A DNA stretch of 64,000 nt from Pelagomonas calceolata. Lineage: Eukaryota. The notes below the pieces were generated by a model. The model was not told where the DNA came from. It searched no databases and was given only the letters and a program-made list of their open reading frames with translations. The DNA lies in NCBI GenBank assembly GCA_918797485.1, contig CAKKNE010000006.1, positions 2,046,001 through 2,110,000 on the forward strand, in the 5' to 3' direction. The position numbers were made by a program, and so were the translations under genes. Shown piece by piece: positions 1 to 10,038 of the stretch (position 1 is the first letter of the stretch; each line of letters begins with the position of its first letter).

Positions 1-1
1 G

Positions 2-3000
2 TACGGCGATACGACGACCGGTTCTTTGGATTACGCCGCGGATACAGAAAAACTGAAAGCTTTGACTTTCTACGAGACGGGCATACCAGAAACGCAGGAA
101 GCGAAGGCCAACGAGAACGTCGCGTGCAACCTGCGGGGGAGGCAGTGCGAGTTCGTCGCGCAAGGTGGTACTATTGGCGATAGCGGTCCGGACGGCGGCA
201 CGTCCCATTCTCTGTATATTAATCAAACTGAATCTTTGATAATAACGCAGAAGGTCGTGCCCATCTATCCCAGCGGCGTGTATCGGAGGTTATTAGCGGG
301 CGCGGACGTCGGCGAGGCGCGGGCGTCGGGCGTGCTTGCGGAACTCAATCTGCCGGCACCGGGACCTCGGAAGACGGTGGCCGACTATGGCAGTCTAGTC
401 GGCCAAGGGAGGCAAATCATCATCTCCGCCGTGTCGCTTAAAGTATTAGAGGTCTTCGCGGCGAACGGGACTTATGGCGTCGGGTCGCAGATCCACATTG
501 GCGTGCGGTTCGAGCGGCCGGTGAACGCCACAGGAGTCTCTTATCTATTGTTGCATCTCGATTCCGCGTTAGACGAGCCCGCCAAGGCGACGTTGGATCA
601 ATCCAAGCCGTATGAGTTAAGTGAGGTACTATGGTACGTCTACATCGTCCGAGCCGGCGACGCCACCGACTCGCTGACCTATGTCGCCGCTGACAGTTTG
701 GACGCGACGGAGGGCGCCATCGTTTCGATAGGAGGCGGCTGCCCGGTCACGATGGAGTACTGCCCCGTCGACACCGGTTTGGCCGGCGTGGCCGCGCCTA
801 CGACGCTCCCGCACCCCGGCATGCCCGGTTCGTTGTCAGTGACCTCTCAGGTCATCATAAACACGGATCCGACGGAGGCCGTCGCCGTGTCGTTGGCCGA
901 AGGTTTGAGGAGATCTAGTTACGTGTACGCGCCGGGCGCTTCTGTTCCAATCACGCTCACGACGTCGAACCCCGTACGAAGGGACATGGCGGCCAAGATG
1001 TACGGCGGCTTCATCGACGTGGGCGGCTTCACCGATCATATCGAAAGGCGCGCTTCGTTCTCCGAGGGAGAGACGACTCAAGTTTTATCATTCGATCTGT
1101 CAATCCCACACGGCTGCTCGTCCCAACTCCTGAAGCACGCCGGGGCCGAGGGCGCCCTCCATCTCGGCGGAGGCGCCTTCCTGGCGGACGGCGCGTCGAA
1201 CCTCGCGACGGTGCGCGCGGAAGCGCGGCTGCCGTGCCCGAGCGCGCTGGACTCTTTGGCGTCGCAGAACGCGTCCGTCGACGCCACGCCGCCGCGCGTC
1301 GTGTCCGTACGAGCCGCGTCGTCGTCCTCCTCGTCCGACGCGCAAGTTTTGGCGAGGAACGCCTCCGCTTATCTGGTGGTCGAGTTCGATCGGCCTGTCG
1401 TGGTGTTCGACCGGTTACCGTCATCAGACTCAAAACCCATCTGCGAGACCTGCGACCAGAGCGGGGCGTACGTCGTGGCGGGCACGGCGTCGCCCGACGT
1501 CCTAAGAAATCCGGGGCGGCAGGGGTACTGGTACCCGCTCTACCTCGACAAAGACGCCGCTATCAAAGAGTTCGGCGCGCGTATCATCGAGATCACGTTC
1601 ATCCAGATCCCCCAGGTCGTGTTTTATGGACCGGCCGAGAACCCCGAGGCGAGACGAAGGTTAATGTGCGCGCCGGAGTTTGGGTGGTGCAATAACCCGC
1701 TGACGCCGCGGGTCGAGATGCTGAGCGCAGGGCTGTATAACTGGACGGAAGAGGTGGTGGTAGAGGAAGAAGATAATTACACATACTACGAGGGCGGCGC
1801 GTACCCCGGCCAGGTTCTCGTAAAAGACTATCCGCTCTTTGCCGACCTCATTGATGCGTCTGAACGCTCTAGAGATATGGTCGACGACGGCCTGCCGGCG
1901 CTACGCATGGACCTGAGACAGGGCAAGGCCGAGGCGAGGTACGCGGGCGGCTCTGGAACGCATATCATCTCCATGGTGTATGCAGTAGCCCCTGCGGACG
2001 AGACGTCGGCCTTCGAGTTTAGCGGCACCGATGCTTTGAAAGGTTTAATTTACCGACCGGGCCGGGCCTGGACGTCCATTGTCAAAGACGAGGACGACGC
2101 GTCGCAATTTATCAAGGCTGATTTAACGGTACCCAGAAGAGGAGGCCCCGGGGCCATTGGTGGAGATGAACTGCAACCACCCATGGTTATTTATACCGCG
2201 CCAGCCCCTTCATACTTCGCGACGTGCTCGAACGCCGGCGCTTACGGTTTGGGGCTGGGCCAGGTGTTGGATATCCGGCTCATTTTTACGGCTAGAGTGT
2301 GGGCCGGCTCGGACTACTACGAGGCCATGGATAACGGCGACGCGAATGACTGGGGCCGGCCCCAACTCGAGATCTGGGAGACGCGACGACTGGACGAGCG
2401 ACGCCGCTTGCAGGACGTGGGCACGTGTAATGACGACGGCACGAGTTACTTCTACGCCGAATCCGTCGATAGGGTCTTACCCTCCGATAGGACCTCAGCA
2501 GCTAGATCAGTCAGCACGAACCACTGCCCGAACCACGCCTGGACGTCATTAAATGGCTTCAAGCCCCGCATGAAGTCTACACGATATGTTTTCGCGGGCT
2601 ACCCTATGCTCAGTACCTTCGATCCCATCTATCTTAACAGGGAGGGCGCCATCGGCGTTTTGTTTTCGGGAGCGATGGTCTACTCCGACTACGTCAATGA
2701 CGAGGTCGGACCTGCTACCGAATACGTGAAGTCGGCGGCTTACTTGCTGGGTGATTCTTTTGATGAGTGCGGGTGTCTGGCCGATTCTAAGACGGAACCG
2801 AGCTACGGCTGCCACATTCCTCCCTCGTGTTTATTGAAGCAGCTCGGCCAGACCGGCGAAGCCCATTCGCCGCAGATCGGCTGGGTGATCGATGGGTTTC
2901 CGTTATACGGTCCGCGGGGCCCGAACGGCCAGTACATGCGGTCGTGCAACGCCACGGGCGGCACGATCGGCGTCGACGTGTGCCTGGACGAGTGCAATGG

Positions 3001-6000
3001 CTACTACGGCACGATCCCCGAGGACAAGTACCGGTATAGGTACTATAGTACGGGCACGTACCACGAAGCGAACGGCGACAACGCCTGCGAGGCGCCGCCG
3101 CCCAAGCAGCGCGACGCCTACTTCCCGTTCATGCCGCCCTGCATCAAGGGGTGCGTGCCTCTGTCGCTAGATGCGGCGGGCTTCACGTCGTCTCTAACGC
3201 AGCCGACGCCCGTGTGTCTGGCCGACGCGGAACCGGGCTACGAGCCGGATTTAATTCCGGTCGAATCCCCAAGCTTAAAAGTGGACACCGGGTATTGTAC
3301 CTCTGGAATTGGTGGCATCGAGTACATCCCACCGCTACCGCCACCTCCTCTAAGCCCGAAGCAAGCGACGGACCTCTGGGAGGCGACGATCGAAGCCTCG
3401 AAAAAGCTAGATACGCCCCGCCTCTTACTCACGACGGGCGAGTACGCCTACTACCTCGAATCCACAGAAGGCATGTTGAGATTTGGCTACCGCGTGCCGT
3501 CGGCGTGGGACGGCGGCCAGATCGATATCCAGCCCGAGAGCCCCCAATCTTTGGAGTTGAGGGACTGGGTCGTCGTCAGCGAGACGGGCATTTTAGCTGT
3601 GAGTGAATTGGCGGAAGATATGCCTATATATTTTGATGTATTAGGGGCGTGCGTCGACGGCGCCTTCGCGCTGGAACCGCCGTCCGCCAAGCCGGCGGGG
3701 ACGCCCCTACCTTTGGCCGACGAGCCCTTCGGTCTTTCATTAGAACTGGACCTGCGGCCGGCCGCCGTCGTGAACGTGACGCTGCTACGACCGTCGACGT
3801 GGTGCACGGAGCTGCGAACGGCGACGCCGACCTGCGGCGCGGGCGAGGTCCTGGATATCCTGATCGCCTTCGATGCGCCCGTGGCTTTGAACAACCCCGA
3901 GGAGGCGCACTTGTTACTGAATTCCGGGTCATGTTACGTACCTCGAACGGACGGTCTGGACCACCAAAATTGTGAAGGTGGCACGGCCTACTACAAATAT
4001 TCAAAAGACGACGAGTACGGCGCGTCCATCTTGAGGTTCGAGTATGTGGTGCAAGAAGGCGACACGACGGCTGCTTTAGATGTCTTGAACGCCTCGTCGT
4101 TGCGGGGCGACTTCAAGCGCTTCGCCTCGCCCTCCTCCGTGGGCCTCGTGGACAACACGGTACCCTTAGCGGGCGCCCGGCACTCCATGAGTCGGATCGG
4201 ACCCGTCGTGAAGATCGACACGATACCGCCGAAAGTAGATGCGCTGTTTGCCCTCAAAAGATCGGGAATCTACGTGGCCGGCGAGACGGTACTCATCGTG
4301 GCGCGCTTCACGTCCGCCGTCGCCGTCGACCCGTCGGCACCGCCGCCTAGGTTGATGTTGGGCATATCTCGAAGAGACAAGTCAGACGCCTACGCGGACG
4401 TGTTGAATGGTACGAGGGCAGAACAGCCTTTTGATCTTGTCGAAAGCATCACGAATTATGATTTACCTTTCCGGGCGACGGTCTACGATCTCGTGTTCTC
4501 GTATACGGTCCAGCCGGGCGACGTCGGCAATCTGGCGCACTCCGGAAGAGGCGCGTTGCACGTCGAAGTGAGTCCCTTCCACCTGGTGAATGGCACGATC
4601 GAAGTGAACAAGACCGACGCCCAAAACCAAACGTATCTGGGGCGGCAGCAGGCCTGGCTCGAAAGAGCAGCGGTTTGCGCCGACGCGGGCAGGTTCGGAT
4701 CCATCCGACGGGCGACGAACGGCGCCATGCTCACGGCGGCCGATACGCGACTGCGGGGCGCGCACGATTTAGAAGCGCAGCTAGGTGCCCACGGAACGGT
4801 CCGCATCGACCGCCAGTGGCGGTCCGCGGACCGGTTCCCGACGAAGGTCGAACTAGTTGTGCGCGGTTTGGCCCACCCCCACGCGGCCGATTTGGATATC
4901 CAATTGATGCACGGGAACGTGTCTATCAACGTGTTCCGGGAGAGCGGTGGTTCCAGAGCATTAGGTCGTGGCGAGTCGCCGCGCTTGCCGAGACCCGCGG
5001 TTGCCGGTGCTATGAGACCGGACCCTCAATCCTCGGAAGCACGAGCGAAAGACACCGCAAGAGCGCGGTGGGGCGACGAGCGCGGCGCCGACTACGTCTT
5101 CTCGGACCTAGCGTTAGATGTCCGAGCGAGGAACAACCTCGCGCCCTTCGCGCGGGCGACGCAATCCTCCACGGACCATGGGGGCGACGCCCACAAAGCC
5201 ATCGATGGGAACACGGACCCGTACTTCACGCACGGGTCCGTGACACATACGGCGGCCCAACCAACATATGTCGTGGAGAACGATGAGCTGGTCGCCGCGC
5301 CGCCGCCCTTCTTCGAGCTCAGGTGGCCTAGAGATACGATTCAAGAGATAGGCACAATTAAATTATGGAACCGGCAAGAGCTCCAAGCGGTGTCCGAGGT
5401 GCAATCGTTGACCTTGGAGGCCTTTGGGCTGTACCCCGAAGGTAGTTTCAAGGTATTACTGGACCTAGGAGCGGCGGGCTTACAGGACAAGGCGAAGAAG
5501 CACCCCGGTATACTAGCGAACCTCAACGCGACACTACCCATGTGGCGCGCATCTGCTTTCATCCCCTGCGGCGCGCCGGCGAGTGTCGCGGACGAGACCG
5601 AGTTCACGACTGGTACGAGCATGCAGGCCATCCTGCAATCGAGTTTCCCGGAACTAGGACGCGTGACCGTCACGAGGTATGCCGCAGAAGAGCCGTCGAA
5701 GAAGGGCCACACGTATTTAGTTACTTTCCAGGACTACCCCGGGGACTTACCTTTACTGAGGATGGACGCGACGAACGCCACGGGTCTGGTGATTGTGACC
5801 GATGTGGATGAGGTGCGCAAGGGCTCGCCGGGGCGGTGGTACGCGTACGACGAAGCTCTAGACGAGGAACCCGACCTGCGGGCCGGGTTTTCTTCGAAGC
5901 TCTTCCCGTGCTGGGTCATGTTATTTGATAGCACGGCATTACCGGACGATAGAGATATTCCTGGTCGCATCGAGGATGCGGTCAGTATGGCTTCATTCTC

Positions 6001-7441
6001 GGTCCTCGTGGACAATGTCGATGCGTACGAAACAACAGTCGACGTGGACCCGCGGCGCTTCCGCGGCGGCAAAGGTCCTTTGACAGACATCGTGGCGTTG
6101 CGGGTGCAGGTCGCCGATACGAAGCCGGGGGCGGTGTTGAGTCTGGCCGAGGTGCAAGTCTTTGCGAACCGAAGCCATACTATAAATAGTTTCCAGGGTG
6201 GTGGTGTGGTAGCAGCTCGCCCTTGGACGGCGCCCTACCAAGCTTCCGTGTCGATGTCTTCTTATTTTATGGAGACGTTGGTAGCAGGTAGGTGGTTGTT
6301 AACAGTAAAGGACACTTCTAGTCATAAATGGCGCCGCGAGCAGACCATACAAACGGCTGTCGGTCACACGGAGCTGCCGGCTCAAGATCGATCCGGCGTG
6401 CCGAACGACGTCGAGGAAAGCGGTCCTGGCCAGCTCGCGGACTGGGTCCTACTATTGACTGACGAAGCCGGTGTCGTCACCGCGCATTATATGGACATAA
6501 CCGCTACCGTGACCCATCTGCCAAAGTACGGCCACCTCTACGCGGACGCGCGTTCCTTAGGCTCGGGCAACGCCTGGGATGCGATAAGCGTCGGTCGCAG
6601 CGCGGCCACGATCAACACATGGCGCACTGGAGATGGAAGACATTCACAATTACATACTGCTTCGAGATTCGATGCCGAACTACTGAAACGGACGGAGACG
6701 GGAAATAGACCTTTGGGCCAGTGTTATGGGTTAGATACTACTTCCTTCAACGGCGTGGCGTCGGGCGTCGACGGGTATCGGTACTGCAAGGAGAACTATG
6801 GCGTGGGCAACGCGGCCGTGGCTTATAGACGTAGAAACGAAGGTGATGTCGCGATCAAGAATAGACTGAGGAGGCACAAGGTCGTCTACTACCACCCCTT
6901 GAAGGGTTACGAGGGCGTCGACGCCTTCGACTATTCGGTGCGACTCGGGACGTACGAAAGCAAAGCGGCGACGGTGGGCGTCCATGTCAGAAAATGTCGG
7001 AAGTTCGAGTTCAACAAGAAGAACAAACCTCCGTTTGCGACGAGCCCCCTGTGTAGCTGCGTCTCGAATCTCACGTGGGCTTTTGGGCATGCGACAGAGT
7101 GCCCGGTCGCGGTGCGGGACGTCTGCGCCGACGCGCGGATGCGGTCGTCGTTCACGCCGCTCTGCGACGCGTGTGATTTTGGCTTCGGGATGGACACGAC
7201 GGCCTGCCGCTTGCATACAGATCGGGCGGCGACGACGGTGGAAGGGCTGGGCTTGTGCGGAGAAATCGCGCCGCCCGACTGCCGGTCCGAGGGCATCTCG
7301 AAGGACGCGCCGGAGTCGTACGTCTGGTGGCCGACGCGGAACTTCCTGACGCCGGACGCCGAGGCCATCGCGCCGCCCGGGTCGCGGGCGGCACACGTCG
7401 GGGCTGGCTTCGCGGTCGCGGCGCCGCGGTTGTTGGAGTAG
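2..7441 (+). CDS. 5'-partial giant extracellular-type mosaic protein: Ig-like repeats, YHYH domain, proprotein-convertase P-like domain, F-type lectin (F5/8C-like) domain, Big_9-like domain, Cys-rich tail
   Basis: Frame is open from the window start (>2470 aa). Recurrent 'Y..G..I.I.V.F..PV...L.F.Y.V..GD.T..L' repeats; HSPQIGWVIDGFPLYGP (YHYH); ATQSSTDHGGDAHKAIDGNTD...LSLAEVQVF (F-type lectin); HPHAADLDIQL...GRWLLTVKD...GQLADWVL (P-like). Confidence 0.8.
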   Translation, partial: YGDTTTGSLDYAADTEKLKALTFYETGIPETQEAKANENVACNLRGRQCEFVAQGGTIGDSGPDGGTSHSLYINQTESLIITQKVVPIYPSGVYRRLLAGADVGEARASGVLAELNLPAPGPRKTVADYGSLVGQGRQIIISAVSLKVLEVFAANGTYGVGSQIHIGVRFERPVNATGVSYLLLHLDSALDEPAKATLDQSKPYELSEVLWYVYIVRAGDATDSLTYVAADSLDATEGAIVSIGGGCPVTMEYCPVDTGLAGVAAPTTLPHPGMPGSLSVTSQVIINTDPTEAVAVSLAEGLRRSSYVYAPGASVPITLTTSNPVRRDMAAKMYGGFIDVGGFTDHIERRASFSEGETTQVLSFDLSIPHGCSSQLLKHAGAEGALHLGGGAFLADGASNLATVRAEARLPCPSALDSLASQNASVDATPPRVVSVRAASSSSSSDAQVLARNASAYLVVEFDRPVVVFDRLPSSDSKPICETCDQSGAYVVAGTASPDVLRNPGRQGYWYPLYLDKDAAIKEFGARIIEITFIQIPQVVFYGPAENPEARRRLMCAPEFGWCNNPLTPRVEMLSAGLYNWTEEVVVEEEDNYTYYEGGAYPGQVLVKDYPLFADLIDASERSRDMVDDGLPALRMDLRQGKAEARYAGGSGTHIISMVYAVAPADETSAFEFSGTDALKGLIYRPGRAWTSIVKDEDDASQFIKADLTVPRRGGPGAIGGDELQPPMVIYTAPAPSYFATCSNAGAYGLGLGQVLDIRLIFTARVWAGSDYYEAMDNGDANDWGRPQLEIWETRRLDERRRLQDVGTCNDDGTSYFYAESVDRVLPSDRTSAARSVSTNHCPNHAWTSLNGFKPRMKSTRYVFAGYPMLSTFDPIYLNREGAIGVLFSGAMVYSDYVNDEVGPATEYVKSAAYLLGDSFDECGCLADSKTEPSYGCHIPPSCLLKQLGQTGEAHSPQIGWVIDGFPLYGPRGPNGQYMRSCNATGGTIGVDVCLDECNGYYGTIPEDKYRYRYYSTGTYHEANGDNACEAPPPKQRDAYFPFMPPCIKGCVPLSLDAAGFTSSLTQPTPVCLADAEPGYEPDLIPVESPSLKVDTGYCTSGIGGIEYIPPLPPPPLSPKQATDLWEATIEASKKLDTPRLLLTTGEYAYYLESTEGMLRFGYRVPSAWDGGQIDIQPESPQSLELRDWVVVSETGILAVSELAEDMPIYFDVLGACVDGAFALEPPSAKPAGTPLPLADEPFGLSLELDLRPAAVVNVTLLRPSTWCTELRTATPTCGAGEVLDILIAFDAPVALNNPEEAHLLLNSGSCYVPRTDGLDHQNCEGGTAYYKYSKDDEYGASILRFEYVVQEGDTTAALDVLNASSLRGDFKRFASPSSVGLVDNTVPLAGARHSMSRIGPVVKIDTIPPKVDALFALKRSGIYVAGETVLIVARFTSAVAVDPSAPPPRLMLGISRRDKSDAYADVLNGTRAEQPFDLVESITNYDLPFRATVYDLVFSYTVQPGDVGNLAHSGRGALHVEVSPFHLVNGTIEVNKTDAQNQTYLGRQQAWLERAAVCADAGRFGSIRRATNGAMLTAADTRLRGAHDLEAQLGAHGTVRIDRQWRSADRFPTKVELVVRGLAHPHAADLDIQLMHGNVSINVFRESGGSRALGRGESPRLPRPAVAGAMRPDPQSSEARAKDTARARWGDERGADYVFSDLALDVRARNNLAPFARATQSSTDHGGDAHKAIDGNTDPYFTHGSVTHTAAQPTYVVENDELVAAPPPFFELRWPRDTIQEIGTIKLWNRQELQAVSEVQSLTLEAFGLYPEGSFKVLLDLGAAGLQDKAKKHPGILANLNATLPMWRASAFIPCGAPASVADETEFTTGTSMQAILQSSFPELGRVTVTRYAAEEPSKKGHTYLVTFQDYPGDLPLLRMDATNATGLVIVTDVDEVRKGSPGRWYAYDEALDEEPDLRAGFSSKLFPCWVMLFDSTALPDDRDIPGRIEDAVSMASFSVLVDNVDAYETTVDVDPRRFRGGKGPLTDIVALRVQVADTKPGAVLSLAEVQVFANRSHTINSFQGGGVVAARPWTAPYQASVSMSSYFMETLVAGRWLLTVKDTSSHKWRREQTIQTAVGHTELPAQDRSGVPNDVEESGPGQLADWVLLLTDEAGVVTAHYMDITATVTHLPKYGHLYADARSLGSGNAWDAISVGRSAATINTWRTGDGRHSQLHTASRFDAELLKRTETGNRPLGQCYGLDTTSFNGVASGVDGYRYCKENYGVGNAAVAYRRRNEGDVAIKNRLRRHKVVYYHPLKGYEGVDAFDYSVRLGTYESKAATVGVHVRKCRKFEFNKKNKPPFATSPLCSCVSNLTWAFGHATECPVAVRDVCADARMRSSFTPLCDACDFGFGMDTTACRLHTDRAATTVEGLGLCGEIAPPDCRSEGISKDAPESYVWWPTRNFLTPDAEAIAPPGSRAAHVGAGFAVAAPRLLE

Positions 7442-7656
7442 TATAAGTGCTGCTCTTGTTTTATTATATCTGTTGCGGTAGACTGTTACGGTGCTAGTCC
7501 TCGGCGGTTTCTGAGAGTGGGTTAGCCAGTTTGAGGGGGTACCGTCCCCGGGGCGCGGCTTCCAGGCCGCCTAGCCTAGCCTCAATTTAATCACAGCACG
7601 GGTTTCGCGGGACCCCTCCCCGCCCCAGGGACTCGTCGCGGAGGTCGCGCAGCGAT

Positions 7657-7680
7657 GCTAGCGGCATGTAAGACACTAGC
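7657..7680 (+). promoter_or_regulatory. Bipartite CTAG promoter motif GCTAGCGGCATGTAAGACACTAGC
   Basis: Matches the recurrent motif; about 180 bp upstream of ATG 7861. Confidence 0.6.
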
Positions 7681-7860
7681 AAATGGCTCCTGCTTTTTGA
7701 GTAGAGGAAAGGCGGTCTAGCAGCCAAACCTCGCGCGATAGGGGGATATTACAGCGCTCTCTCCCATATTCGACAGCACGCACAGCGTCAGGGCCTCTGG
7801 GCCTCTGTACAACCGAGCCACACAGCTTTTTGGCAGCCTTTTGCATTTACCCTGGGAACC

Positions 7861-9762
7861 ATGCTTTCCCCCCAGACGGCCTCGCCCGCCAGCTGGAAAC
7901 CGCCCACCGCGGGTGGCGATACGACTGATGACGAGGAGGGTCCGCGCCCCGCGCCGCGCGCCGACGATCCCGCCGCCGCGCCCGCGGCGCCGCCGGCCGC
8001 GCAGGACGCCGCGCCCGCGCCGCCGCCGCCCGCCGCCGCGCCGCTCGCGCCGGAACACGTGCTGCTAGAGGCGTCCCCGCCGCCGCCACCGTCCAAGTGG
8101 AAGGAGGGCGACAAAGTCATCGCCCGCTGGCACCTAGGATGCCACTATCCTGGGACGATCCACGCCGTCAAAGCGAATGGCGTTTATGCAGTTTCCTTCG
8201 ACGACGGTGATTATGATGATAACGTTATTGAAAACCACATCCGCGCCGCGCCGGCGCCCACGCCGACGGACGAGCCGCCTGCGCCCGCGCCCGCGCCCGC
8301 GCTGCCGCCGCCCGGCAGCCGCATCACCGTGCGCTTCAGCGACGGTATTGATTACGGGGGTACCATCACGGAATTGGTGGACGAGCACCACGCCAGGGTG
8401 CTCTACGACGACGGCCAGAGCGAGACCGTGCGCTTCCCGGACCCCGACGTCCGCGTCTTGCGCGCGGCGCCCGCGGCCGCGACGCCGGCGGCGGCGGCGG
8501 GAGGGCCAATCCGCGTGCGCACGGCCGGCGGCCGCGAGGCTATTGTATTAGAGAAGATGCAGCGCGGCTGGTTTAGGGTCGAGCTGGACGGCAACGCGAA
8601 CGACGAGGGCGGCGCGAACGAACGCAAGTCGCTCCGGCGGCCACAACTCGCGGTGGGCCAGGACCATTTGCTGGACGCGGCGCCGCAGGCGCCCGCCGCC
8701 CGGCCCGCGCCCGCGCCGACGGACGAGGCTGCGCCGGCGCCGGCGCTGGGCGACAAGGACGCTCAGCAGGTCGCCGCGCTAGAGAAGCTGCACGAGTCAC
8801 TGAAAGACAAGCCGAACCTGATCGTCTGCCGCAAGCCTTTGGAGGACTTCGGTTTTCGCTGCGGCGCGACAGACCAGCAGCAAAACCGTTTCGACGCCTT
8901 GCCGCCGCAGTCTCTCCATTCTATCGAAGATATCCTCGGTGGCCAGTACGCACAGACGTATTCGCTGAACTCGGTCCCGAAGCTTATCGCGTACCTCGAG
9001 GGCGTCCTCAATAGACTCTCGGGCGGGCGCCTTTTTCCTTCGCCATCTGCGCCGAAGAAGAAGCGCGGGTATGAGGCGCCCGCACCGAAGATAACGGAGC
9101 GCGCCAGGCCGCGCTGGTCGAGCGAGGAGGAAAGGCGTCTGCGAGAGCTGGTCGCCGAGCTGGGCGAGACGAGATGGCCGGCCATCGCCATGCGCCTCGG
9201 CACGGGCCGGACGGGCGCCGCCGTCGAGCTGAGGTGGGCGACGCTCAGGCAGAAGTCGCACGGGCGGCCGCCGAGGGCCGCGGCGGAGGCGGCGCCCGCG
9301 ACCGACGGGCGGGAGCGGGTGCGGACGGCCGGCGGCCGCGTCGCGACCATTATCGAGCGGCGCTCGCGCGGCTGGCTCTTCGTGGAACTAGACGGCGTGG
9401 CTAACGACGAGGGCGGCGCGCACGAGCGCAAGTCCATCAGGGCGACGACGACGACGGCTTTGCATGGAGCAGCGACTCGGAAGCGGCCCGGCACGGGCGG
9501 GGCGGCGCCGCGGCCGGCGCAGCGACCGCGCCTCGTTTCGCGCGGCGGCAACGACGACGACGACAAGGACGCCCGCATCGCCGAGCTCGAGGCAGCGCTC
9601 GCGCAAGCGCAGCAGGCGCCGGTCGCGCCGGTCGCGCCGCCGGCCGCAGCTCTGGCTTCTGTCACGGGCCGGCTCAGAGAGCTCGCGTCGCTCCGCGCGT
9701 CCGGCGCGCTCACGGAGGCGCAGTTTGAGCGAGCCAAAAATACCGAGCTCGGGTTGCAGTAG
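7861..9762 (+). CDS. Putative chromatin protein: two Tudor-like domains, two copies of an unassigned RTAGGR..RGW module, Myb/SANT domain, C-terminal SHOCT-like helix
   Basis: WKEGDKVIARW...YPGTI...YAVSFDDGD (Tudor); RWSSEEERRLRELV...WPAIA..LGTGRT...RW (Myb); LRELASLRASGALTEAQFERAK (SHOCT-like). Confidence 0.75.
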   Translation: MLSPQTASPASWKPPTAGGDTTDDEEGPRPAPRADDPAAAPAAPPAAQDAAPAPPPPAAAPLAPEHVLLEASPPPPPSKWKEGDKVIARWHLGCHYPGTIHAVKANGVYAVSFDDGDYDDNVIENHIRAAPAPTPTDEPPAPAPAPALPPPGSRITVRFSDGIDYGGTITELVDEHHARVLYDDGQSETVRFPDPDVRVLRAAPAAATPAAAAGGPIRVRTAGGREAIVLEKMQRGWFRVELDGNANDEGGANERKSLRRPQLAVGQDHLLDAAPQAPAARPAPAPTDEAAPAPALGDKDAQQVAALEKLHESLKDKPNLIVCRKPLEDFGFRCGATDQQQNRFDALPPQSLHSIEDILGGQYAQTYSLNSVPKLIAYLEGVLNRLSGGRLFPSPSAPKKKRGYEAPAPKITERARPRWSSEEERRLRELVAELGETRWPAIAMRLGTGRTGAAVELRWATLRQKSHGRPPRAAAEAAPATDGRERVRTAGGRVATIIERRSRGWLFVELDGVANDEGGAHERKSIRATTTTALHGAATRKRPGTGGAAPRPAQRPRLVSRGGNDDDDKDARIAELEAALAQAQQAPVAPVAPPAAALASVTGRLRELASLRASGALTEAQFERAKNTELGLQ

Positions 9763-10038
9763 TAGGTGCCGTCCCCCCCCCCTTCCCCCGTATAAAAGGC
9801 ACGTACATCCACTCGAATGAAGACGGGTTTCTAGGGGGGGCTAGAGGGCTATAGGGTAGAGCTTGGAGGGGGGGTTTCTCAAACCGCGCGCGGAAGGCAA
9901 TCGAGGCAGGGCGCTATTTGTTGACATACCGCGCCAGGCGACAGTGATCGCAAGCGGCGAGACCTCTGGACGCCCCGGTAGAGCCACGACCGCGAGATTT
10001 TGCGAGCTCTCACAGATCCAGCGGAGAGCACTCGACCG

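Noticed and set aside
7657..7680. CTAG motif as a Helitron 3' end
   Set aside because: No consistent GC hairpin or shared element body upstream; position tracks gene starts. Not fully excluded.
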